In this document: positions 1-13,358 of the stretch, piece after piece
Layout of the letters: the number at the start of each line of letters is the position of its first letter
Position numbering within the stretch: the stretch's first letter is position 1
DNA from: the human T2T-CHM13v2.0 reference genome, Homo sapiens
Strand: one strand, 5' to 3'
DNA: 64,000 nt
Assembly (NCBI RefSeq): GCF_009914755.1
Contig: NC_060933.1
Notes under the pieces: model-generated
What the model was told of the DNA's origin: nothing
The model's database searches: none
What the model saw: only the letters and a program-made list of their open reading frames with translations
Program-made: the position numbers and the translations under genes

Positions 1-22
1 CGAGAGAATGGATGATAGTAGT
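1..22 (+). CDS. PALM2AKAP2: AKAP2/PALM2AKAP2 upstream coding exon, 3' end only (…ERMDDSS)
   Basis: Frame 2-22 reads E-R-M-D-D-S-S, then a GTAAGT donor at 23-28; matches the recalled AKAP2 C-terminal sequence …KRRERMDDSS. Confidence 0.93.
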
Positions 23-915
23 GTAAGTTTTTCCTCCTTTCCTCTTTCACTTCTCTGAGCGCGGCCATCGGTGTGGCGTGTGGCATTCCAGTTCAGGCAC
101 AAATGTGTATGTCGTTGTCTGGTCAGCATTAGGGTTCCAGTATCAGTTTTCATATATGTGGTTTCACATGCCTGGAACTGGGTTTGGGTTTTTGCCTGTT
201 TCAAAAAAAAATTGTTGATCTTGCAGGGAGCTGGTCCTTTGCTGCCAAGTATAGCTGGAGTCGACCAGCAAGGCTAGTGTGTAAGATGTTTGGTGCATAG
301 AAAGACAGCATGCAAGGGCCACGCAGGGAGAAGGTTGCAAGTGCCCTGAAATCATCCCTATGCACCTGGGAGCTGATTTCTACCATTGCCCAGTAGAGAT
401 TTTATTTCTCTAGAAAAGGATGAAGATGCTGTTCCTTCAAAGCCGACACTCTAGGCAATCCCTAACAATGTTACAGTGCTTAAAAGACTGAGTGTGTTTG
501 GGGCTGTTAACAAGCCCATGTGCATAGCTTGACAGCAAAGAGCCAGTGAAAATGACAGTTGAAAACCACATGGCTACTCTGCTACACCCAAGCCCTCGGA
601 ACTTTGCACATAACGTTCAAATTAACTGTGAAGGAAGTCACATGCTCTGTGGTTTCTTTCTCCGGTTAGAGACATAGGAACTGTTGCTCTACACAGTCCC
701 AGGAGCCTGGAGATCAGCCTCAGGGTTCATGCCAACCTCCTGTGGGTCTTCTGGCACCAGTCTCTTAGCACATATTGAAGTCATCACCTCCTCCCCTGAC
801 TGCACTTAAGTCACAGATAGCTTGGGTTGGTTGAGGATCCTACTGAGTTTACCTGAGACAGTCCTGGCTTATGCCTGTTGTGGTGTTGTGGTTATTAATA
901 TCCCCTTCAACTCTT

Positions 916-1228
916 TTGTTGTTGTTGTTGTTGTTGTTGTTGTTGAGACAGGGTCTGTCTCTGTCACCCAGGCTGGAATGCATTGATGTAATCATGGCTC
1001 ATTGCAGCCTCGACCTCCTGGGTTCAGGCAATCCTCCCGCCTCAGCCTCCTGAATAGCTGGGACCACACGCGTATGCCACCATACCTGGCTTATTTTTTA
1101 ACTTTTTTGTAGAAAGGAGGTCTCATTATGTTGCTCAGACTGTTCTTCAACTCCTGAGCTCAAGGGATACTCCCACCCCAGCCTCCTAAAGTGCTGGGAT
1201 TACAGACATGAGCCACTGCACCCAGCCT
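916..1228 (-). mobile_element. Alu (J-like) with (GTT)n tail
   Basis: Alu consensus match. Confidence 0.9.
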
Positions 1229-4200
1229 GCCTTTCACTCTTGAAAGTGTCCCAGTTTGGGTGATAAACCATCTGGTCACCTTAAACTTGAATGCTATGAA
1301 GTTCACAGTAAGAATTCCCTGCTGTTTTATTGCCTTTTATATCCTAACTGGCTAAGTTAAAGGATTTCTGGAGTTGAAGCCCAGATGCTGAAAGTTGCTT
1401 TCAAAATATATGGTGGTAAAGAAAGGAAGAAAGCAAATGGATATCTGGCAGCCTGGCTTCTCACTTGGCATCTCCCAGGCTTTCCCTTTTGTTTACACCT
1501 GAACTGCGTGGAGCACTGGCTCAGCTGCTGTATTAGGCTGCAGCTATTCTACTGGGCTCTTCACTGTATTAGACAGTGGGATGATGCCCGGCCCTGGGTA
1601 GCTGCTGCAGACATTTCCACTGCTGAACCTCACTGTAGGGGAGCCAGCAGCTCCTTTCGTGAGCCTGCAGGATTTTTCCCTGGCTACTCAGTCACTTTCA
1701 CCAGCCCTTCTTTGAAGCCCCACTTCAAAGGATAAAGTTTGCCTTAAGAATTTTCTGAAAGTTAAATCATTTTGAAACTTGGTGCTCTAGGTGTCTGGTT
1801 TCTTTTCTCCCAGTGACTCTGCTCTATACATCAGCAGTTTTGGTAGAATTTAGCCAAGTGGGTGCCCCACACTCTGATGTGGATGGGGAAGAACAAGTAG
1901 AACCACTTAGCATGTGACCCACGCGAGTGTTTGCTGAACACACTCTACTTGTCACTTGTGTATGTCTTTTGTGTTGGAGTGCAGATGATAGGGAAAAATA
2001 CTCCATACAGAAGGGTAGAGGCAGTTCTCACTCATTTCGTAAAGGCAGAGGGCTGGAAGCTCTTTTGTGCACACGCTGACACTCTGGCAGCCACCTAACA
2101 AATGCCAACCAGGTTGAGTTTTTCCTCTGCATGAATGAAGCTGCTTGGAATCAGCGTTTTAATATGCTGATTGCCCTTCACTTACAAATCAAAGAGGCAG
2201 CCTCCTGTCTCTATATTTTCCAGTAAATAAACATTTTGAAAAAGAAAGAGACCTAACTAATTAAGCTGTTAATATCCCTGGATCTTGGATTCAAAGCCAA
2301 ATGTTTTGCACTGTTATTGCTATTACAACAGAACCAAGTTTGCTGTTGTTGAAAATTCTTAGGATCAGGACAAAATCTACCAATCCACTATATGCTCATT
2401 TAAGAGACCCAAATCTAAAACAACAAATTCAGATTGCTTCTAAAGCAAAGATATGATCATCAGTCAGGCTTCAAATGAGAGCCTTCTCCTAGCCCTTCCA
2501 ATTTAGGGGACCTTTTCTCCTGTATCTGTGTCAATCACTGGTGAATGTGTTGAAGTTTACCTGTAGGGATGAACAAAGATTCATTTTTTTCCTAACCAAT
2601 CTGTGGCCCCTTTTCCATTTTTTCTTTTTCTTTAATACCAGAAGGATAGTAATAGAGAGCAGATGGATTGCTGGGGGGATGAGTTGTGTAACTGGCTTAC
2701 CTATCCGTAGAAGCATAAAGTTAATTCTCTTAAAGGTAAAGTAATTCTGGTCTCTAGCCTCCATTTACATACACTATTCTCACAGAGAAACATGGCTTCT
2801 TAGACTCTCCACCCTCTAAGCACCTCAGTGGCTCACACCTACACACCCAGCATCTCCCCATGTTATGCAGCATCACCCCTGGCACCTCCATTTGCCAATA
2901 TTTTTTCCAGTAAGCCACTTGGCAGCATTTTGGCATGCCGTTTTGGAGATGATAAACCACACCTGAGAATCAATGCCTGTCGCGTGATTAGAACACAACC
3001 ATGTGTTTGCCCATCGAAAGTAACAGTTATTTGTGAATTGAGCAAAAATAATTCTTATTTTTTATTCTTTTTAAGGAGAAGGCAGAGTTAAAAACAAGAC
3101 AGGCGCTGATCATTGGAATGTGTATAAAGTGTGATATGTTAGACACAATGATATCGAGGAGAGTGAAAGACAGAAGGAGAAAGATAGAATGTAGCTACGG
3201 CTGAAGTTTTGCTGAGTGAGAAAAACTGATCTTTGCCATCAAAACAAGTTCAGTGTCCCCCGAGCCCCCATCGGGGGTGTGGTGGCCTCTGGGGTCCTGT
3301 CCACAGGGACTCAGCTCAGGGCCCTGCTCTCTCCAGTTTTCCACTTTATAAAAAGTCATATGCAGAGAGGCCCCTGGCTTATGGGAGTCAGGGAGTGGTG
3401 TTATCCAAAGGTTGTCCCCAACCAGCCATATTTGTTACTAGCTCAGAACTTGAGCAAAGTACTCCCTTTAGTTGCCACAGTCTTCACCCACCTGGGCTGA
3501 TTTCTTTGTCCTGTATATTGGAGTCACCAATGAGTATCTCCAGCCTCACTTATTAATGGACCTCTTGGCTAATTCTGAGGGCAGGAGGATTACCATCCCC
3601 AACCCTACCCACTTACCCAAGGCTGTTTACCAACCTATGCAAGGCCTTTGTGTGAATTAGGAAAAAAAACCACCCTTGTTCCTCTATGAAGATATGAAGA
3701 TGCAGCCCTGCACCAGCCACACATTTGGGGGGTAGAGTAGGGGACTGGGCTTTAGTACCATTCATCCCTTTAGTCTGATGCTTTTGTGCAGTGCACACAA
3801 CACACACCCAGATGCAGCAATCCTATTCATATTGTGGGTTTCTCTTATCTGGAAATGTTCTCTTATGTGGAAATGTCCACTTATCTGGGTCTCATACCAT
3901 TTCTGCTCAGTCATGCAATTCATAATGGACTAGTGAATCCTAGTTTCCTAAAGGGCTTCTTGATGCCTTGCAAAGCGACTGCCTCCAAGGTGGGGTTGCC
4001 CACTCATGGACCTGGAAGACATTTGGATCAGTGGGCACAAATGATGGGCTATTTGGATGTTTTTCCTTCAGGCATGAAGAACCCCTCTAGGAAACTCTGA
4101 TTCATTAGTCCATCCTGAGTGACATGACTGTATTTAGGCAAACAGTATTTTTCCAGCCAATTGTTTCCCTAACCTGACCTGAGCCTCAGAAAGTGAAGAT

Positions 4201-5621
4201 GATGGGTCATTGAGTCAATGATGCTCATGAACATCTCGAGGGTTTGCTTTGCCTTTCTCAGTTGAAGGGATGCTGACCAGAGTCCAAATCACAGCCTCCT
4301 GGATGTTCAGCCCCATCTTTACTTTTAGCGCAGGATCTGCCCTCAGTGGGGTTTTCCAGTGTGCTCTCTCTCTCTTTCTCATCCCATGACTTCATTACTG
4401 AGAGGTCATCCAACCACTCTGTCTCATCTTAGAACAAGAGAAGACCTCGTCGGTTTTCCTGGGCTACGTCAAAGCTGAGAGTTCCTGGCACACATTACCC
4501 TTCCAGACCAGGACATGCATTGAGAGTTGTGGCCATACTCTCGCTCAGTGTGTGAAGGAAGCCTATCTGCCTCCTGTTTCCCCAGACGCTACAGGAAGCT
4601 CAGTGATGCCTTGTGCTTCCCTAACTCTCTCTTACGTTCTCACTCGTACCCTAGTGAAGATGCAAAGGAGAGAGAAGAGCTCCTGACTTGTCAGCTCCCA
4701 GCCATTAGCCCAATCATGACAGAACTATAATTCCTAAGTGCTACATATAAGAAGCAGTCAGCAATCACAGATGTGTGATCCCACCTAACTAGTCTATGGC
4801 TATCAATGCCCCAAACCAATAAATGCTTTAAATGCCCCAAGCAGTGTAAATGTACGCTCATTACCATAATTCTGGAGAGGGATGTCCCAAATTGGTCCTG
4901 CCATCTCATTTTCCATAGTCAGGCCATTTTTTTCTGTACTTTGAGTAAGACTTTTAGTCCCCTATAGGAACTAAAGGATCATTTCAGTTCCTAAGTGCTC
5001 ATACTAATAATCCTATATAATCACCAGAAATTGCTATCAAAGGATGATCCCACTCTCAGGAACTTACCCAGGCCCCCAGGGTTCTGACGAGGGAGGCTGT
5101 GTGGTCTCCCTAGGCAAGACTACCCTTAGGCCGGTTTCAGAGAATCTGCCTCCACAAACCAACTGCTGTGATTAGGATCTTCTTTTAATGGAACAACAGG
5201 TTACAAGACGGCTTTGGGGTTCAGAGAAGCCTACGGGAAGAGAAAAGGCTATTTGGCTACAGACTCTAGCAAATCCAAAATGGCCCCCAACGACCTTGCT
5301 GGTGGGCAGCTGATTGTGTACAGAGGGGAAGGAATCTTGTTAATTCAAAGTACAGAAACTGAAAGCAACGTTTTGAATTAACAAAGTACGGCTTATCTGA
5401 TATTTTTATTAGTGAACAATAGGTTATCTAGTTGCTGCAAAGAATAGACTTATAAATAAACTAATATCAGATGGAGAAAGTTTTGGCATGGGTGTAGAAT
5501 GGCCTCCTGGTATTACTTCCCCTCCCATCCTCTTCTGGTGTGGTGCCTGTTCCCGGCTAGGGGGTGTTCTGTAAGTGTGTCACTGCCATGTACTAACCCT
5601 GGTCTTTTCCCTCTCTGCCAG

Positions 5622-5660
5622 TACACTTCTAAGTTACTGTCTTGCAAGGTGACTTCCGAG
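5622..5660 (+). CDS. PALM2AKAP2: AKAP2 39-nt alternative cassette exon (YTSKLLSCKVTSE)
   Basis: TACTAAC branch point 5591-5597, pyrimidine tract, CAG acceptor, 13 in-frame codons (phase 0/0), GAG|GTACTT donor; peptide matches a recalled AKAP2 isoform insert. Confidence 0.9.
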
Positions 5661-6216
5661 GTACTTTTCAATTTGTTTGTCTTGGTCTTACTGAATGCAT
5701 GATCCAGGTGCATGCTGTTGTGGTTTGCCATTTCCTGATGAGTTAAACGAAAATGGCAAGAAAAATGACTTGTCTCCATATGTATTTTTTTGTGCCTGTT
5801 CTGAATTATGGGACTGCCTCGAAATGTTGGAGTCCATGCAACAGTGATATACAATGGTGTGGTTTGCTGTGCTGTGCTGTGGGGGCGAGTGGGAGGGTAC
5901 TGGGGAAGACCTTGCCTGCTCACGAATCTTGAAGACGTTTGGACCAGAGGACACAAGTGATGGGCTATTTTGGTTTTTAAAGTTTCTTTAGGCATTAATA
6001 GCAAGTATACTTGGCCTGGTTGGAAAACAGTGCAGCTCATGCAGATTGAGCTATGGATTTTCACCCATTCTTTGTTTACCTTAACATAAAGCTAGAAAGC
6101 TCCATTCTATAGATTTAAGATGAACCATCCTAATCTACAGATTTATCAAATGTAAACCATCCTAGACCTCCCTCCCTCCAATCTTTAAACGTGTATTTTT
6201 ATTTTAGAAACTCTAA

Positions 6217-6588
<372 letters not shown>

Positions 6589-6756
6589 TAAATATGTGTG
6601 CTATGAGAAGGCATAATATTTTTCTCTTTTAATTTTTTTCTATTTTGTCCATTTTTTCTTTTTGCTGAGAAAGCACAATATTTTTCATATTTTTATTTCT
6701 GTATTTTATTTTGATTTTAAAAGAATTATTTCAAATATACAGAATTCTAGAGAGAA

Positions 6757-7520
6757 TCATTCGTTCATTCATTTAACAATTTTCAAGGCTCTACTATGTG
6801 TCAGGCATTGTTCTAGGTTCCAAGAATACAGCAGTCAACAAAACAAGTTCCTGATATCATGGAACTGGCATTCAGAATAATATAAGATAATAAAATAATA
6901 AAACCCACCTACCCAGCTTTGTCCATTCTTATCATTTCATGATATTTAATATTTTTAAAAGAAATTAGTATTGCAAATACAATTTAAGCCCTCTCGTACT
7001 TCTCCCAGTTCCCTCCTCCCTTACAATCTCGCAGAGGTAACTATTTTTGAGCTTGTTGTTCATCATTTCCATGCATGGTTTTATACTTATACTACAAATG
7101 TGTATATACATAAACAACACCTTATTTTTGCATGTTTGAAGACATTCTATAAGTGGTAAATCATGTTGCAGTATCTTCTGCTCCTGACTTTGTTCTGTCT
7201 GCATTGTTTTGAGATGTGTCCTTGTTGATCACTGTGGCTCTGGTTCATTCTTTATAACTGCTGTATGGTATTCCATTGAATGAATATATCACTATTTATT
7301 CAATCTTCTATTATGGAAATGTAGACTATTTCCAGTTTTTCTTACCGTTAGAAATAATGCTTTTATGAATGTTATTATACATGTCTCTTTATGTACCTAT
7401 GGAAGAACCTGTCTCTATATTTAGGAGTAGAAGCACTGGCTACTAGCCTGATATATCCTAACATTTACTAGATATTGTAAATTATTTTTCAAGTTGGTTG
7501 CATTAACCTGTAGCATAATA
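6757..7520 (-). mobile_element. Old L2 fragment followed by L1M fragment
   Basis: CATTCATTTAACA…CTACTATGTGTCAGGCA (L2 3' end); TATTCCATTGAATGAATATATCAC (L1M). Confidence 0.6.
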
Positions 7521-8031
7521 AGTTTTTTGGTCTCTCTATTTAGCCAAAGAATTATATTTAAATATAGAGCTGACCTGCTGATTATCAGTAATTTTCTTTC
7601 ATAAGATATCAAATGAATACTGAGAATATCATTCTGTACCTTCTTTAACGTCTAATTGTGGTTCTCATCTGGAGGATGGCAGTTTGAGAATTAGGACTAA
7701 GCCCGTCTCCCCTTTGAGTCCATTTAAAACAATGAAAATCTGGTCAAATATATCCAAGGAAGATAGAGTTGGGCCCACTCTGTCTTCAATTTAAAAGCAG
7801 GTTGGAAGATGAAATATAAATATTAATATGAATAGGGTGATATTATTTAACATATCTGTCTTTTGTTTCATATGTCCAAATTAAAATTTTCTATATTGAT
7901 TGCTTTCAAAGTTAAGCAATTCACTTGAATTCCCTAAGCATTAGAGAGAAAAATTAATATTAAAGGGTTGTTGAGAGATAATTGTTTTTTATTCCCTACC
8001 AGACCTGAATGTGAATTTGTGAAAACAATAA

Positions 8032-8367
<336 letters not shown>

Positions 8368-8479
8368 TAAATCAGATCGTTTTTTGTTTTCCCTTTTCCA
8401 TTTCCATGGGGAGTGTTGATTGCTCTTCTCTGGTGTGTCTCCTTCTGGACTCCTTACAGCCATTGGGCAGCCAGATAGT

Positions 8480-8660
8480 CTGGTGGCCTCAAGCATCAAC
8501 TCTGCACCCAGAGTGCAGAGTTCAAATCTTGGTTTTGCCTTCTGCTAACTGGGTAATTCTGGGCAAGTTACTTAACCTCCCTGTGCTTCAGGTTCTTCAT
8601 ATAAAAAATGGGAGTAATAACAGCATAAATGTCATAGACTAGTAGTGAGGATTCAAACAG
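8480..8660 (+). mobile_element. MIR
   Basis: GGGCAAGTTACTTAACCTCCCTGTGCTTCAG core. Confidence 0.7.
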
Positions 8661-8806
8661 TAACATCGTACTTAGGACATGAGTATGACATTATTAGAGC
8701 CCCAGAGACATATGCCTTTTTGCCCAGAAAATAAAGGAATGAACTTTAGAAAGTGAAGTTAATATGCAGTAATAAACAAGTAATAAAAGCTCTAAATTTG
8801 CTAGAG

Positions 8807-8809
<3 letters not shown>

Positions 8810-8850
<41 letters not shown>
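8810..8850. repeat. (CA)20 microsatellite
   Basis: Direct reading. Confidence 0.98.
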
Positions 8851-8853
<3 letters not shown>

Positions 8854-9659
8854 TGAATTAATTACAGAACAGATACTCATTCAAATACCTTGATTTTTGA
8901 ATCTTCTGAAGACCAGTTGTGGTGCAGCTTTACTCCCAGACACCCCTGGGTCATAAGCCTTATGAACCCAAAGACAGCTTTATATCAAGATTGCCAGGTA
9001 TTTCAGTAAGGATGTTTATTTTCTTGTCTGTGCCATTACTAGAGGCTTTAGATTTCACTAGAAATTTATTGTATGGCCATGGTAAGTGATTGTATGACCA
9101 TGGTAAATGGGCATACATACTAGGGGAATGAATTAAGAAAAGAGAGCTCATTGTTGGTATAAGTGAATTACTGGGGCTCTTGACAAGTAGATGTCCAAAC
9201 CCAAGCTATACTAAACGTTTCCATAATTATGAGTATTATTTTTCTGCCCATTATACTTTTCGTCACTAAACTCCATGAGGGAAGGGACTATTCTATCCTC
9301 AACACGAAGCACTGTGCCTTATACTTGGTAGGAAACTAATAAATATGTGTAAATTGGATTGATAGATGGCTTGTAACAAGAGTTCCTAAAGAGCAGAGCA
9401 AACTCAATTTGCTCAAGTTGTTTGAGAATTAAAATAGGGTTTAAATAACAAGACAAAGAACATTCCAAGAGGATGGGGACCATAGTTTTTAGAACTTTAG
9501 ATTTATTTTTAGCTTTGATGTAAACCTTTCTGTTTGTATCTGCAATCTGAAAGGCAAAGAGATGATCCTTTTATACAATGTAGAGTTCTTTATAAAACGC
9601 CCTATTTGTATGCCACTTCATAATTTATATATCCCTTTCACATGATGATAGAAATAATT

Positions 9660-9860
9660 ATTCCATCATAGTTTGAGAGCTTACTATGTGCTGGGAACTA
9701 TACTTTACATACATTGCCTCATTGATTTATCCATCCAACTTTATGCTGTAGTTTTTATGATCCCCATTTTACATGGGGATACTGAAGCACAGGGGTAAGT
9801 GACTTTTCCAAGGTCATGAGGATTTGAAGTAGACCTGCCTGGACTTCTGAGTCCACAGTG
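9660..9860 (-). mobile_element. MIR
   Basis: CCCCATTTTACATGGGGATACTGAAGCACAG…AAGTGACTTTTCCAAGGTCA. Confidence 0.7.
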
Positions 9861-10399
9861 CCTTCTGAGAAAGCCTGTGAAGTGGGGTAGCTGTGTTCTC
9901 CATGTTATAGATAAGAAATGTGAGATAAAAGATGAACAACAAAGGACAAAACTGGAAATAGAGCCCAAGACTTCCACGTGCAGTCCAGTGCTGTTTTTCA
10001 GTTCCATGCTACCACACATTAGACTATTAGAAAATTTCTCTATTTAACTATACAGATTTGGAAGCATGCTTTCCTCCTACTAATTTGTTATTCGTAGATA
10101 TCTGTGGATATTGAGTGAGTGACCGTGATATGCTTACATACAAAACACATTATGCAAAACACACATGGCTTGTGTGCTTAACAATGCATCATTCATTCAG
10201 CAAACGTGACTGAGGAGGAAAAGGGGAGGCTTCACAGAGGAAGATATGTTGAAGCTCTGGGTGGTCCATTCCTTTGACAAAGGTGCAGAGAAGCAGGTTG
10301 AGATGGACCCCCGATCTCCCATCTACCCACAATCTGCTTATGTCTGGGCTCCCACCTCTGCCTGTAACTGTATCTCCTTGCTTCTCTGGAGTTGCCAAC

Positions 10400-10760
10400 T
10401 GTATTAGTCCATTTTCATACTGCTATGAAGAAATAACCAAGACTGGGTAATTTATAAAGAAAAAGAGGTTTAATGGACTCACAGTTCCACATGGCTGGGG
10501 AGGCCTCACAATCATGGCAGAAGGTGAAGGAAGATCAAAGGCACGTCTTACATGGCAGCAGGCAAGACAGTGTGTTCAGGGGAACTGCCCTTTATAAAAC
10601 CATCAGGTCTGGTGAGACTTATTCACTATCACGAGAACAGCATGGGAAAACTCGCTCCCACATTGAATTACCTCCTATGAGTCCCTCCTGCTACACAAGG
10701 GGATTATGGGAGCTACAATTCAAGATGAGATTTGGGTGGAGACACAGCCAATCCATATCA
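10400..10760 (-). mobile_element. THE1 (MaLR) solo LTR
   Basis: TGTATTAGTCCATTTT…CCATATCA with a perfect 5-bp TSD CCAAC (10395-10399, 10761-10765). Confidence 0.92.
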
Positions 10761-11391
10761 CCAACATCACTGTCCCTTGCCTAACTGATTATATTTAGAA
10801 TGAGCAGTGCCTTCATTGCAGTTTGCATAATCAACCAATGTTGGCTCTACTGGACTTTTCTTCAAAATCAGAAACTGTACATCCTAAGCAAATGCCAGAA
10901 CAATTGGCAAGAATGCCTGGACTTGTTTTCTGCATGGTCATGAAATAGAACCATTTTTCATATGTTGGCAACCTAAATGCCATTAATCTGGAATCAGTTT
11001 GATGCCATTGATCAAACTGAAACTGGACCAGATAGGCTGAAGTCTCCTCTCGGGATTCCACAGACTGCCCTAGTGAATGGGAGGAAGGGAGGCTCTCCCT
11101 CAGTGGTGGTGAGCCTACTTGTCCTTAATGTTGTCACCTTTCATTTCATTGATTAGCATGTGGGGTCTGAAGTTGCATCAGAATGCTGAGATTGCTTCTA
11201 TTGATCCAAGAACTTTTTTTTTTCATGTAATGGCTTTTTTAGTTTAATTTTGCCAAAGTAGGTTTTTATACTATAAATATCATCATGGCTTATATAGGTT
11301 TGCAAAGCTTGATGGACTGAATCCACACTGGTCCCATTGTTTGGAATTATTTTCTGGTTTGCTTGTTTATGAAGAGACTAAGACCATCTAT

Positions 11392-11597
11392 AGTGTGCTG
11401 TCTAATATGGTAATCACTAGTCACATGGAGCTATTCAAATTAAAATTAATTAAAATGAAATAAAATTAAATATTTAGCTTCTCAGCCACACTAGCCCTAT
11501 TTCAAGTGCTCAATAGCCACGTATGGCTAGTGGCTACCATACTGGATAGCAGAGATACGTTTTCATCATTGCATAAAGTTCAATTGGACAGCACTGA
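11392..11597. mobile_element. MER3-like hAT-Charlie MITE
   Basis: GTGCTGTCTAATA…TTGGACAGCACTG termini; ATTTCAAGTGCTCAATAGCCAC core. Confidence 0.8.
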
Positions 11598-11905
11598 TCT
11601 GCTGCGTGTAGGGATCTGCTTTATCTGAAAACTTGATGCAGAATCACGGCTAGTTCAAAGAAACTTGCAGAACATTTCATGAAAATTAAATTTCTCTATG
11701 GTGAAAACTAGGGGTCAAGTAGCAGATGAATACTGGCTGTGAGATGAATGCATAACCAGAACCTCCCATTCCCCTTTTTCCAGCGTCTCTCCTATCTCCC
11801 AGCAGTGCTTTATCACTTTCTCCTCTCAAGTTGATAAAGAGAAAGGAAGAAAGAAACAGAGAAGTCGGTTTATGTTCATAATTAACATCCATGAACTCTG
11901 CATAA

Positions 11906-12025
<120 letters not shown>

Positions 12026-13269
12026 ACTTCCTTCAACCCAGGAAGCGTCTTTGGTGCTTGGGAGACCAAGAAACCAAGAAATTAACAACTGAAAGCATTT
12101 TAATGGACTATTTATTAAAGTGCAAACAAACTCAGCAATCCTTATGTAGACCAGAAGCTGCAATATACAATGATGAAAATGAAACGAAAAGGAAGTCCCC
12201 CCATCAGACTCTGGACACCCAGGAATCAAAAGAGAAAGGACTTTTTTGGTGACTCAATCCCAGTGTCTGGTTTGGGGCCAATCTACAATGGATCCAAAAG
12301 GACAAAACATGTTACAAGCAAATCAACATAGTTGCTGCAGGCGGAACTGAGACCAGCCTCTCTGGGCGATGAAGGACAATGGTGGTAGGGCCACTTAGAG
12401 AGCAGTAGGGCCCAGGCTGGTGCAGCCTACATGGCACAGGATATTTCCCTGCACCAGTTTCCCACCTGTCACTTGCAGCATCAGAGGGTGTTGCATTAAC
12501 TCCATTTTCTCCAGCAGCCATAAAATGAATGGCGTTTCTCTCCATATTTGCCCAGAAGAGGCAGTTATGATTCCACTTCTCCTACATTTAATTATTTTTA
12601 ATTGAGAACAACTCATGATCACAATTCATAAAATCCATATTTTAAGACAATAGTTCTTCATGTCACAAACACAATCTATTCTACATGAGGAGGCTGAGAA
12701 AGGGGAAGAGAAAAACAAACCAAATGGATGATGTTAGCTTTAGGATCGTGTCTGCTTATAATATTCACTGATCTGCAGTTTATGAGAACACATTTTCACA
12801 GTTATGTTTCTTCATAGGAAAACTATATTTAGTGGGCAACAACTATTTTTATGATGGGATGGGGGAGTATATACACGTATAGAATCTGTACGCATTGAAC
12901 AACTTGGTTCAAGATGGTGGGGGCATTTTTAGAGCGGCAATAATTGAAAAAAAAGGCGAACTCTGCCTTGGAGAGGTAGATGATAAGAAATAAAAAGGTG
13001 TTTATAACTATTTTGTATTATAAAGTGGGCCTTAGAGATAGGAAGAAGAATGATGGATTCCTTTTGGATCAATCAGAAAGGAAACACGAAAGAAAAGTCA
13101 GGAAGGTAGAGAGAGAAAAAGGGAGGGAAGGAGAAAGAATGGGAATAAAATAAGGAGGTAAGAGATACTATTTTTGCTGAGCAACCAGTGTGTTTCAGGA
13201 TGATACAAAGAAAAATATAGAATAGAAATAAGTGCAGGCTTGGAATCAGCTACAAATCCTAAAGATGGG

Positions 13270-13358
13270 GTGTGTGTGGATGTGTGTGTGTGTGTGTGTA
13301 CACCATTGTGTGTTTGTAAAATGTGTATGTTCATGAGTAAGGGTGTGTGTGTGTGTGT
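13270..13358. repeat. Interrupted (GT)n tracts in the 3'UTR
   Basis: Direct reading. Confidence 0.9.

Noticed and set aside
3841-3888. 18-bp unit repeated ~2.6 times
   Set aside because: Ordinary short tandem duplication; not a spacer-containing array
5513-6064. 183-aa antisense ORF over the AKAP2 cassette exon
   Set aside because: GTG start, no recognisable homology, intronic antisense; consistent with chance
9068-9109. 21-bp tandem duplicate containing ATG|GTAAGT in the AKAP2 intron
   Set aside because: No convincing upstream acceptor to define an exon
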